Assembly: GCA_963765495.1 (NCBI GenBank)
Contig: CAVXWP010000002.1
Location: forward strand, 384,001 to 448,000
Direction of reading: 5' to 3'
Length of the DNA: 64,000 bases
DNA from: Blastocatellia bacterium
GTDB taxonomy: Bacteria; Acidobacteriota; Blastocatellia; UBA7656
Every line of letters begins with the position of its first letter. Position 1 is the first letter of the stretch. Positions 9,520 to 17,894 of this stretch are shown piece after piece. The notes beneath the pieces were generated by a model that was not told the origin of the DNA, did no database searches, and worked only from the letters and a program-made list of their open reading frames with translations. The position numbers were made by a program, and so were the translations under genes.

Positions 9520-9593
9520 TAGGTTTGACATAAAATGGCTTTCTAAAAGCCCCGGTATCAGCAAGGTAAAAAGAGGTCGCGAGGAGATAAAAG

Positions 9594-10361
9594 ATGAATG
9601 GGTTTCTAGGGACCGGCGCAACTTTCCGCGCAGATGTAAATCTCCTGATTCAAATTGCGATGGGCTGCGCTCTTCTGTACGGCATGCTGCTGGCAAGACG
9701 AAAGAATTTTCGCGCGCACAAATATTGCCAGTCCACCGTAGTGGTGCTGAACCTTGTGATGATCTTCCTCATCATGGCCCCTTCGTTTCATCATCAGGTC
9801 GAACCTGATCTTCCCGCTCAACTCGGCGATGCCTTCCATGCAATCGCAACAATCCATGCGACGCTTGGCACTCTTGCGGAAGTCCTCGGTATTTACATAA
9901 TCCTGGTCGCGGCTACAAAAATCCTGCCCGTAAAGCTTCGCTTCAAACGCTACAAACCGTGGATGCGGACCGAGCTTGCGCTCTGGTGGATCGTGATCTT
10001 GCTTGGCATAGGCGTCTATTTCGTCTGGTACATCATTCCGCCGCCCGGGACTACTCCGCAACAGGCATCTGCCCCCGCTCAATCTGCGACGGCTGTGGTC
10101 ACAATCTCTAACTTCCAGTTTGACCCGAAGGAGTTGACCGTAGAAGCGGGAACCACTGTGGTCTGGATTGACCAGACGGGCCGACACACGGTAGAGGCAG
10201 ATGACGGCTCGTTCAAATCAGACCCTCTGACGGCGAATGGTCGCTTCGAGCACAGATTCGAGCAGCCGGGCAAGTTCCCTTATTTTTGCAGTTTTCATGG
10301 AGAACAGGGCGGTGTGGATATGGCCGGAGTCATAACCGTCACCCCACCCGGGCAACAGTAA
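9594..10361 (+). CDS. DUF420-like 4-TM membrane protein fused to a C-terminal cupredoxin (type 1 copper) domain
   Basis: hydrophobic helices with His residues (AHKYCQ, HATLG); C-terminal HTV..CSFH..M ligand set. Confidence 0.8.
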   Translation: MNGFLGTGATFRADVNLLIQIAMGCALLYGMLLARRKNFRAHKYCQSTVVVLNLVMIFLIMAPSFHHQVEPDLPAQLGDAFHAIATIHATLGTLAEVLGIYIILVAATKILPVKLRFKRYKPWMRTELALWWIVILLGIGVYFVWYIIPPPGTTPQQASAPAQSATAVVTISNFQFDPKELTVEAGTTVVWIDQTGRHTVEADDGSFKSDPLTANGRFEHRFEQPGKFPYFCSFHGEQGGVDMAGVITVTPPGQQ

Positions 10362-10398
10362 TTGCACGATTTCAATTGACGCTTCAAGGAGAGAAACT

Positions 10399-10788
10399 AT
10401 GAAAAGATTTCTGACACTGTTTTTGGCAACCGCAGTATCGCTGATGATTGTAATAGCCGTTATAGCAGCACATTCAAAGGTCGAAAAAGGCTCCGTGAAC
10501 AGGCCGGAAACCGCTACCGGCCCCGCCGCAAATGCTACAGTAAAGATAGTCGGGTTTGAGTTTCAGCCGAAATCGATCACCGTAGCACCAGGCACAACCG
10601 TCGAGTGGGTCAACGAAGGAACACGTCACAGCGTAGATGCCGATGACGGCTCTTTCAAATCCGAAGTGCTGAAGCAGGGCGATCACTTTACACACACATT
10701 TGATAAAGCTGGAACCTATCCTTATCACTGCCGCTTTCACGGTGAAGCGGGCGGCAAGGATATGGCCGGAAAGGTGATAGTAAAGTAA
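10399..10788 (+). CDS. secreted plastocyanin/amicyanin-like cupredoxin
   Basis: signal peptide; FQPKSITV, HSV, YHCRFHG..MAG; AAGGAG RBS. Confidence 0.9.
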   Translation: MKRFLTLFLATAVSLMIVIAVIAAHSKVEKGSVNRPETATGPAANATVKIVGFEFQPKSITVAPGTTVEWVNEGTRHSVDADDGSFKSEVLKQGDHFTHTFDKAGTYPYHCRFHGEAGGKDMAGKVIVK

Positions 10789-10798
10789 CAACCTGATT

Positions 10799-10875
10799 TT
10801 AGACAGGATTGACAAGATTAACGGGGTTTTCGAAGTAGGCAGGAAAATCCTGTTAATCTTGTCAATCCTGTCTAA
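10799..10875. repeat. inverted 9-mer repeat element (ACAGGATTN family), 33-bp stem
   Basis: TTAGACAGGATTGACAAGATTAACGGGGTTTTC / GAAAATCCTGTTAATCTTGTCAATCCTGTCTAA; both deviations are G-U pairs on the + strand. Confidence 0.9.
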
Positions 10876-10898
10876 GACAATTCCTGCGTGTTAGGGCC

Positions 10899-10927
10899 TT
10901 GCCATAGCTCGGGATTCGGCCTAATAT
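10899..10927 (+). promoter_or_regulatory. putative sigma70 promoter of the ECF sigma gene
   Basis: TTGCCA-N17-TAATAT. Confidence 0.45.
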
Positions 10928-10973
10928 CAAAGCCGAACTTTCTACGTTATGATGACGGAAACGGCTTTTTCCT

Positions 10974-11001
10974 GAATCCAAAGGCTCCAGGCAGGGCGTA
11001 G
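10974..11001 (+). promoter_or_regulatory. putative autoregulatory ECF promoter
   Basis: GAATCC-N15-GGCGTAG directly upstream of the ECF gene. Confidence 0.65.
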
Positions 11002-11010
11002 AGAGGGCGG

Positions 11011-11646
11011 ATGGTACCTTATCAAATAAAATTAAAAGGTGTAGCGAGCTTGGCAGTGCAGAGCGTTATCGAATTCGACAGCCAGGGCCAGCAATGGGCG
11101 GCGCTTATCCACAGGATAGCCGGTGGCGACCAGATTGCCCTGGGCACATTTTATGATTCTACAAGCAGCCTGGTCTTTGGCCTGATGTTGCGAATGCTCA
11201 CGGACCGCGCCACCGCCGAAGAGGTGCTGCTTGATGTTTACAAACAGGTCTGGCGACAGGCATCACTTTATGACAACAGTAGAGGCACTCCGCTTGGCTG
11301 GCTGCTGGTCATAGCTCGTTCCCGCGCACTGGACCGGCTCAGATCAAACAAGCGAGAGCGACAACTAAAAGAGGCGCTCTTTTATCAACCCGGCATAAAT
11401 CCCTTCCCGATCAACCCCGAACAGGCCTCCGTCATATCAGAGCAACAAAGATTTGTTCGCTCGGCGCTGGACGCGCTCCCCGCCGAACAACGAGAAGTGA
11501 TCGAGCTAGCTTATTTTTCAGGTCTTTCACAAAGCGAGATTGCAAAGATGTTAGACCAGCCGCTTGGCACGGTTAAGACACGAACAAGACTTGGAATGAT
11601 AAAGCTGCGCGAATTGCTCGGCCATATATTGGAGGAAAAATTATGA
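11011..11646 (+). CDS. ECF RNA polymerase sigma factor (SigK/RpoE-ChrR-like)
   Basis: region 2 AEEVLLDVYKQVW..WLLVIARSRALD; region 4 LPAEQREVIELAYFSGLSQSEIA..PLGTVKTR; start uncertain (11011 or TTG 11050). Confidence 0.9.
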   Translation: MVPYQIKLKGVASLAVQSVIEFDSQGQQWAALIHRIAGGDQIALGTFYDSTSSLVFGLMLRMLTDRATAEEVLLDVYKQVWRQASLYDNSRGTPLGWLLVIARSRALDRLRSNKRERQLKEALFYQPGINPFPINPEQASVISEQQRFVRSALDALPAEQREVIELAYFSGLSQSEIAKMLDQPLGTVKTRTRLGMIKLRELLGHILEEKL

Positions 11647-12263
11647 GCCATAATCTGTCGCAGGACGAGATAACCGAGCAGGCGGCCTTATATGCTGTGG
11701 GATGTCTTTCGGAAGACGAAGCCATGGCATTTGAAAACCACCTGGCCGAAGGGTGTGATCGGTGTAACGAAGAACTGAGCGCATTCAATCTGGTATTTGA
11801 AAAACTGGGATACGGCGCGATACCCGAAGCCCCTCCCGCGAGCCTGCGAGACAGGCTCTTTGCCGATCTCGACTACGCGGAACCGTCTCGTCAAATCGCT
11901 TCATTTGATGATCCAGTTTCCGGGTCGCTTACCATACGCGCAAGTGAAGGCGAGTGGGTTAAATTAGGGGGTGGAGTATTTACAAAACACCTTTTCTCAG
12001 ACAAATCTTTGGGAACCGTGACCACGATGTTCAAGCTGATGCCCGGGGCGCACATGCCAAGCCATCGCCATCTGGGCGTAGAACAATGCATGATGCTCGA
12101 AGGCGATTTCCACGTAAACGATGAAGTCCTCGGGCCGGGCGATTTTCATTGCAGCCTGCCCTATAGCATCGACGATAAGCTCTTTACTGTCGGAGGCGCT
12201 CTATTTTTGATCATTGCGCCGGAAAGATGCGAGTTTCTGGATTCCGGCGAGCACTGCTCTTAG
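11643..12263 (+). CDS. ChrR-like anti-sigma factor (zinc anti-sigma domain plus cupin)
   Basis: 4-nt overlap with the sigma gene; HLAEGCDRC zinc motif; cupin PSHRHLGVEQC..LEGDF..LGPGDF. Confidence 0.85.
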   Translation: MSHNLSQDEITEQAALYAVGCLSEDEAMAFENHLAEGCDRCNEELSAFNLVFEKLGYGAIPEAPPASLRDRLFADLDYAEPSRQIASFDDPVSGSLTIRASEGEWVKLGGGVFTKHLFSDKSLGTVTTMFKLMPGAHMPSHRHLGVEQCMMLEGDFHVNDEVLGPGDFHCSLPYSIDDKLFTVGGALFLIIAPERCEFLDSGEHCS

Positions 12264-12309
12264 ACAGGATTTACAGGATTAACCAGGATTTGAAAAGATT
12301 TCAATCCTG
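12260..12309. repeat. 9-mer repeat element (ACAGGATTT family), starting at the stop codon
   Basis: TTAGACAGGATTTACAGGATTAACCAGGATTT..AATCCTG; shares TTAGACAGGATT with the 10799 element. Confidence 0.75.
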
Positions 12310-12320
12310 ACCGGATCTTG

Positions 12321-12366
12321 CGCGAGAAACGCCGAATGCTCTATCGAGTATTCGGCGTTTCTCGCG
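12321..12366. terminator. 21-bp stem hairpin between convergent genes
   Basis: CGCGAGAAACGCCGAATGCTC-tatc-GAGTATTCGGCGTTTCTCGCG. Confidence 0.7.
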
Positions 12367-12385
12367 TTGTAGGCCGACTTTTCGA

Positions 12386-14890
12386 CTACAATTTCAGGCC
12401 TCGCAGTCTCAGAGCATTGCCGATCACCGAAACCGAACTGAGACTCATCGCGGCGCTAGCAAACATCGGACTCAGCAGCAGTCCGAATACGGGATAGAGC
12501 GCCCCCGCCGCAATCGGCACTCCCAGCGAGTTGTATAAGAAAGCGAAAAAGAGGTTCTGGCGGATATTGCTCATCGTGGCGCGGCTGAGTTTGCGGGCGC
12601 GCACTATGCCGCGAAGATCGCCCTTCACAAGCGTAACGCCCGCGCTTTCAATCGCCACATCCGTACCCGTTCCCATAGCTATTCCCACCTCCGCCTGCGC
12701 GAGAGCGGGCGCGTCATTTACTCCATCGCCCGCCATTGCAACAACACGGCCTTCGGATTGAAGCCGAAGAATGACCGCGCTTTTTTCTTCGGGCAGGACA
12801 TCGGCCTCGATCTCGTCAATCCCGAGTTTGCGCGCCACCGCTTCCGCCGTAGTACGGTTGTCTCCCGTCAGCATCACTATGCGAATGCCTTCGCCGTGCA
12901 AATCTCTTATGGCTTCGACAGTCGATTCTTTTATGGGGTCTGCTACGCCAAGAAGTCCGGCGAGTTTGCCATCCACCGCCACAAACATTACGGTCTCGCC
13001 TTCCTTGCGAAGATTCTCCGCCTGCTGGACGGGACCGCTCGCTTCGATAGAGAGATGCTCAAGCAATTTGCCGTTGCCAAGCGCGACCGCGCGGCCCTCG
13101 ACTCTGCCAATAACGCCTTTCCCGGTTACGGAATCGAACTCTTCGGCATCAGGCAAATTTAACCCTTTACGGCGAGCGCCTTCGACAATAGCCTCGGCAA
13201 GCGGGTGCTCGCTGCCTCGTTCAAGCCCGGCGGCCACGCGCAGCAAATCTTCTTCATTCCAATCAGCGAGGATGATTACCGATGTCAGGCGCGGCTTGCC
13301 TTCGGTCAGGGTGCCGGTCTTGTCCACCACGAGCGTATCGACTTTTTCCATCACCTCAAGAGCCTCGGCATTCTTTATCAGCACACCGGATGTGGCTCCG
13401 CGTCCCGTGCCCACCATAATAGACATGGGCGTAGCCAGCCCGAGCGCGCAGGGGCACGCGATGATGAGCACCGCCACCGCGTTGACCAGCGCATAAATCA
13501 TGCGCGGCTGCGGCCCGGCGAGGCTCCACACGATGAACGTGAGGGCAGCTGCGGCTACGACCGTCGGTACGAAATATGAAGAGACCCGGTCGGCAAGACG
13601 TTGAACGGGCGCCCGGCTGCGTTGAGCCTCGCTCACCATCTGCACGATTCGAGCAAGCAATGTTTCGCTTCCCACTCGTTCGGCTTCCATAACAAAGCTG
13701 CCCGTGGTGTTGACCGTACCTCCGGTTATCGGATCATCGGGCTTTTTTTCCACCGGGACGGGCTCGCCCGTCACCATAGATTCATCCACAAAGCTCGCGC
13801 CTTCGACGACCTTCCCGTCAACAGGGATTTTTTCTCCGGGACGCACGCGCAGGCGGTCGCCCGGATTGACCCGATCAAGCGGGACTTCCTCTTCGCTCCC
13901 ATCATTACGGATGATGCGAGCAGTCGCGGGAGCAAGCCCAAGCAACGCCTTTATCGCGCTGCCGGTTTGAGCGCGCGCCCGCAGTTCAAGCACCTGCCCG
14001 AGCAACACCAGAACCGTTATGGTCGCAGCCGCTTCAAAATAGACGCTCACTTCGCCTCCATGTCCGCGAAACGAAGCGGGGAAAATATTTGGAAAGAGAG
14101 TGGCGACCACGCTGAATAGATAAGCCACGCCCGTGCCCAGCGCTATCAGCGTGAACATGTTCAGGCTGCGATTGACGATTGATGCCCAGCCGCGCTCAAA
14201 GAAAGGCGCACCAGCCCAGATGACTACAGGTGTGGCCAGAGCAAGCTGAATAAAATTCAAAGTGCGAGGTGAAATCGCGTGCAGGACCGATAATCCAGAA
14301 ATCATGTCCGCCATCGCAAGGACGAGCAAAGGGATCGTGAGGACAAGACCTATCCTGAACCGGCGCGTCATATCTTCAAGCTCTTCGTTTTTTTCCTCGC
14401 CGGTCACTGTCACAGGTTCGAGCGCCATTCCGCAAATGGGACAATTGCCCGGCTCATCTCGCACGATCTCCGGGTGCATCGGACAGGTGTACTGTGTTTT
14501 CTTAGCGGTGGCCCGGGTGGTCATCGGCTCAAGCGCCATTCCGCATTTAGGGCAAATGCCGGGACCGGTTTTTTGGATCTCGGGGTCCATCGGGCAGATG
14601 TATGTCTCATCCGTTTCTGGCTTTTGTTTGGTTTGATGATGAACGTGTTTCGAGGAGATTTCGCCTGCCCCGGACACAAGATATTTTTCAGGATCGGCTC
14701 GAAACTTCTCCAGACAATGCTTGCTGCAAAAGTAGTAAGTTTCTCCCTTGAATTCAAAAGACCCTGCGGCGGTCTCGGGGCGCACATCCATGCCACAGAC
14801 TAAATCTTTTACTTTCACCTCGCCGCCCGTCTGATCCGCCGCCTGTTTTGTGAGGACGGGGTGAGATTTTCCATGTGAGTTCATCGTCAA
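12386..14890 (-). CDS. copA: Cu(I)/Ag(I)-translocating P1B-type ATPase with a YHS domain and two CPM(H/D)PE metal-binding domains
   Basis: DLVCGM..FCS..C; YxCPMxPEI..CPxCGMAL twice; [28 protein letters not shown]. Confidence 0.93.
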   Translation of the reverse strand: MTMNSHGKSHPVLTKQAADQTGGEVKVKDLVCGMDVRPETAAGSFEFKGETYYFCSKHCLEKFRADPEKYLVSGAGEISSKHVHHQTKQKPETDETYICPMDPEIQKTGPGICPKCGMALEPMTTRATAKKTQYTCPMHPEIVRDEPGNCPICGMALEPVTVTGEEKNEELEDMTRRFRIGLVLTIPLLVLAMADMISGLSVLHAISPRTLNFIQLALATPVVIWAGAPFFERGWASIVNRSLNMFTLIALGTGVAYLFSVVATLFPNIFPASFRGHGGEVSVYFEAAATITVLVLLGQVLELRARAQTGSAIKALLGLAPATARIIRNDGSEEEVPLDRVNPGDRLRVRPGEKIPVDGKVVEGASFVDESMVTGEPVPVEKKPDDPITGGTVNTTGSFVMEAERVGSETLLARIVQMVSEAQRSRAPVQRLADRVSSYFVPTVVAAAALTFIVWSLAGPQPRMIYALVNAVAVLIIACPCALGLATPMSIMVGTGRGATSGVLIKNAEALEVMEKVDTLVVDKTGTLTEGKPRLTSVIILADWNEEDLLRVAAGLERGSEHPLAEAIVEGARRKGLNLPDAEEFDSVTGKGVIGRVEGRAVALGNGKLLEHLSIEASGPVQQAENLRKEGETVMFVAVDGKLAGLLGVADPIKESTVEAIRDLHGEGIRIVMLTGDNRTTAEAVARKLGIDEIEADVLPEEKSAVILRLQSEGRVVAMAGDGVNDAPALAQAEVGIAMGTGTDVAIESAGVTLVKGDLRGIVRARKLSRATMSNIRQNLFFAFLYNSLGVPIAAGALYPVFGLLLSPMFASAAMSLSSVSVIGNALRLRGLKL

Positions 14891-15049
14891 TTCGCTCCTT
14901 GCGACCTGAGTTGATCGAGTGCAGATGCTTTTAATCAGCCTCTATCGCGTGTAGTCATTAATCATTATAGTTCGATCCGTTTCTCCTGGCCTAATGGCCT
15001 TCTTTCCCTGCCTGTAGTGGTTAAGGCGCAATTGAAGAAAAGGCAAGTG

Positions 15050-15095
15050 GAAATAGGCCGGGACGGACGCATTCGCGCCCGTCCCGGCCTATTTC
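15050..15095 (-). terminator. hairpin downstream of ssb
   Basis: GAAATAGGCCGGGACGG / CCGTCCCGGCCTATTTC, 17-bp perfect stem. Confidence 0.65.
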
Positions 15096-15181
15096 ATATT
15101 CCTGGTCTACATTCCGGCAAACAAAATGGGACTGCGAATGTAGAGTCGCCTCTAATTTATCTGGTCGATCCCGCCGATAAC

Positions 15182-15631
15182 TCAGAACGGGATTTCATCA
15201 TCGTCAAAGTTGATGGATTTCGACGGCGCTGCCTGCGGGCGCTTTTCGTCAGGGGCCGCGCCCGCCCTCGCCGATGACACTCTGGGCTGGTCGCCTTCGG
15301 AAGCCGGCGACAGAAACTGAATGTCGGTCCCTCGCACCTCAAGACTCGACCTCGTCGCCCCTTCCTTGTCGGTCCAATCGCGCTGCGACAGGTTGCCTTC
15401 TACATAAACTTGCCGCCCCTTGGTCAGGTACTGGCTCGCAAGCTCGGCCTGCCGACCGAAAAGGCTCACCCGAAACCAGGTAGTGTTGTCCTGGTATTCG
15501 CCCGACTTGTCTTTTCGCCGCTCGGTGGTCGCTATCGAAAAATCACAAACCGGCGTGCCCTGCGGTGTGTATCGCAACTCGGGGTCGCGCCCTAAATAGC
15601 CGATGATCATTATCTTGTTGAAACTCGACAT
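15182..15631 (-). CDS. ssb: single-stranded DNA-binding protein
   Basis: NKIMIIGYLGRDPELRYT OB fold; acidic DDDEIPF tail. Confidence 0.97.
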   Translation of the reverse strand: MSSFNKIMIIGYLGRDPELRYTPQGTPVCDFSIATTERRKDKSGEYQDNTTWFRVSLFGRQAELASQYLTKGRQVYVEGNLSQRDWTDKEGATRSSLEVRGTDIQFLSPASEGDQPRVSSARAGAAPDEKRPQAAPSKSINFDDDEIPF

Positions 15632-15655
15632 CTCATTGACTCCTTTCAGAGCACG

Positions 15656-15684
15656 ACTGTATCACGTATGCAACGATGTTGCAA
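15656..15684 (-). promoter_or_regulatory. putative sigma70 promoter of ssb with an overlapping palindrome
   Basis: TTGCAA-N17-TACAGT on the minus strand; TGCAAC-gat-GTTGCA palindrome at 15669-15683. Confidence 0.55.
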
Positions 15685-15703
15685 GATTTTTTTTGAATTT
15701 AAC

Positions 15704-17776
15704 TCAATTATGACCGTTATCGGGCAGGAAGTCGCCGGCAAGGGCAACGAGACCTGAGGAATCGCGCACTTCGATGCGGGTAATATGACTAAACAGTTGA
15801 GGGATTGAAGGGGGGACATTTGTATCCGAGGATTCTTTTATCATTTGGAATCGGAGGACGCCCCGCTCTGATGTAGCGGTTCGAGCGATCGCCCGTCCAA
15901 GTTCGACTCCATCGGCAAGAATAGTGTAAGAGGCATCAGGCACGAGGTAGACGGCTTTCACAACCATTTCCTGATGACTACCGGCAATCTTCATGTAGGC
16001 GATGCCTGCCGCCCGAGGCAGATAGCCGATTGGCGAAAGAGGGGTCTTTTTCTCTAAGACCTGTGTCGCAGGAGAGCCCGGACCTGAGCCTGGGGCGAAG
16101 TCGCCTTGAAGCACGACCCGGTCTTCCTTGCGCAATTCTATGTGTTTGATCGAAGTCACGGGTTTGAGCGTGGTAGGAAGCGGCAAACGAGTCACGCCCG
16201 GCCCGGCGGCGTCTCTGCTTTCATTTGTCAGCACAAGGGCAAGCCCGCCGAAATTGTTTGCGATCACTCCATTTGGAGATACCTGCTTGCCATCAACGAG
16301 CAACGTATAACGGGCGCGGGGGTCCAGACCCCGCGCCGTGATTTCGAGTTCCTGCACATATCCCGTGATTGAAGTATCGGCAGACGCCTCGGCTTTTGAT
16401 TGCTCGGTAACAGGAACGAGTCTGATGCTTGTGTAATTCCCTGCCGGAGCGAAATCCATATAGATGCTGTCGAGCGCGGCGATCAAATCAATGCGTCCTT
16501 TGCCGAGTTTGCCCGAAAACTCGGCGTTGATCGAGTCTATGGCAAAGGCTGTCTCCTCAATCTTATCCGAGGCGCTGGCTCTTGGGTCTTCGGCGATTAT
16601 GAGCGCGGCTTCGGCAGATGTCAGAGGCGCTGCAAAAGAGGTCCCGCTCCATACGGCGTAATCCCCCGGGCTTGCCCCGAGACCTGGGAATGTGCTCGTC
16701 AGTCTCACTCCCGGCGCAGAGACGGCAACCTTGCTTCCAAAATTTGAAAAGGGAGCCTTGCGACTGTCGGCATCTATCGCGGCAATTCCAAGTACGTGTT
16801 TCATGTTGGCCGGATAGCTCGGGCGGCTGTCGGTATCCTGATCATCATTTCCCATGGCAGCGACCAGGGTTGCGCCGCGTTGAGCCGCGTATTTGATCGC
16901 ATCCTTCACGACTTGCGATTTATTTGCGGAGCCGAAACTGAGATTGATTACATCGGCTCCGTGATCGGCCGCATACTTGATGGCATCGGCCACGATAAAG
17001 GCGTTGCTGATGCCTTCGGGATTGAAGGCCCGTATCGGCATTATCTGCGCATCGGGGGCGATGAGCGCGATCAACCCGGCAATAAACGTACCGTGCCCGG
17101 CTATTGAATCTTCCGAGTCGGAGGATTGTTCCGCAGGGTCATTATCGTTATCGATAAAATCCCAGCCGTAAGCATCATTTATAAAGCCATCGTTATCGCC
17201 ATCCATCTCTGAGGCTGCACCCTGGCTAAGCTCGCGAGGATCAACCCACAGGTGAGTTACGAGGTCGGGGTGCGTGCGGTCTATGCCCGTATCGATGACC
17301 GCTACGACTACGCCTGCGCCACGCGAACGCAACCTTACATCGCCTATACGAAGCAGGGAGAAAAGATCGGGCTGCGACAGATATTCTTCTCGATAATGGC
17401 CCGGTTTGGGATGCCCATCGGGGAAGCCCACAGTAGAACGCGAAAAGACCGTGAACGGGCTTGTGATGACCGGGTTTAATGAGGCGCTCAACACGTCCCG
17501 GTCTGCCGCCATGCGTTTGAGCCATTTTTCGATCTTCTTAGCTTCGGGGACGAGCAATCGGTAAAAGTTAGTTCCGCTGATTCGATGAATCGTGGTTGTC
17601 CGATTACGGGCGTTAACAGCATCAATCGAGGCACCCGGCTTGAGTTCGGCAATGATCTCTCCGTTGCGAAATGTTCCTATAATCTCGGGCATTGAATCCG
17701 CCCGTGTTCCAGGCGAGAAGGATATTAATATACACAGGGCAAGCAACCATTGGATATTCTCTTTGAGAAAGTTCAT
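15704..17776 (-). CDS. secreted S8 subtilase with prodomain and two C-terminal repeats of an unrecognised beta domain
   Basis: signal peptide; VAVIDTGID, GHGTFIAG and SGTSFAAP triad; Ca-loop DGDNDGFIND..GWDF; ATG 17776 after GAGGA. Confidence 0.9.
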   Translation of the reverse strand: MNFLKENIQWLLALCILISFSPGTRADSMPEIIGTFRNGEIIAELKPGASIDAVNARNRTTTIHRISGTNFYRLLVPEAKKIEKWLKRMAADRDVLSASLNPVITSPFTVFSRSTVGFPDGHPKPGHYREEYLSQPDLFSLLRIGDVRLRSRGAGVVVAVIDTGIDRTHPDLVTHLWVDPRELSQGAASEMDGDNDGFINDAYGWDFIDNDNDPAEQSSDSEDSIAGHGTFIAGLIALIAPDAQIMPIRAFNPEGISNAFIVADAIKYAADHGADVINLSFGSANKSQVVKDAIKYAAQRGATLVAAMGNDDQDTDSRPSYPANMKHVLGIAAIDADSRKAPFSNFGSKVAVSAPGVRLTSTFPGLGASPGDYAVWSGTSFAAPLTSAEAALIIAEDPRASASDKIEETAFAIDSINAEFSGKLGKGRIDLIAALDSIYMDFAPAGNYTSIRLVPVTEQSKAEASADTSITGYVQELEITARGLDPRARYTLLVDGKQVSPNGVIANNFGGLALVLTNESRDAAGPGVTRLPLPTTLKPVTSIKHIELRKEDRVVLQGDFAPGSGPGSPATQVLEKKTPLSPIGYLPRAAGIAYMKIAGSHQEMVVKAVYLVPDASYTILADGVELGRAIARTATSERGVLRFQMIKESSDTNVPPSIPQLFSHITRIEVRDSSGLVALAGDFLPDNGHN

Positions 17777-17894
17777 ATTGCCGTCCTCACAACACGTGGC
17801 CAAAGAGCCTTGATCCCAATCCCGGCAAGCACCCTTGAATTGACAGCATTATAGCACGCCTGCGCCGGGATAGGCAGTGGTCAGTGACCACTGC

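Noticed and set aside
9525-9553. TTGACA upstream of the cupredoxin operon as a sigma70 promoter
   Set aside because: No acceptable -10 at 16-18 nt spacing; the ECF-type motif just upstream fits better.
12531-14803. Many long antisense ORFs over copA, accC, fusA, tuf and rpoBC
   Set aside because: Expected shadow ORFs from GC-rich codon bias opposite conserved genes.
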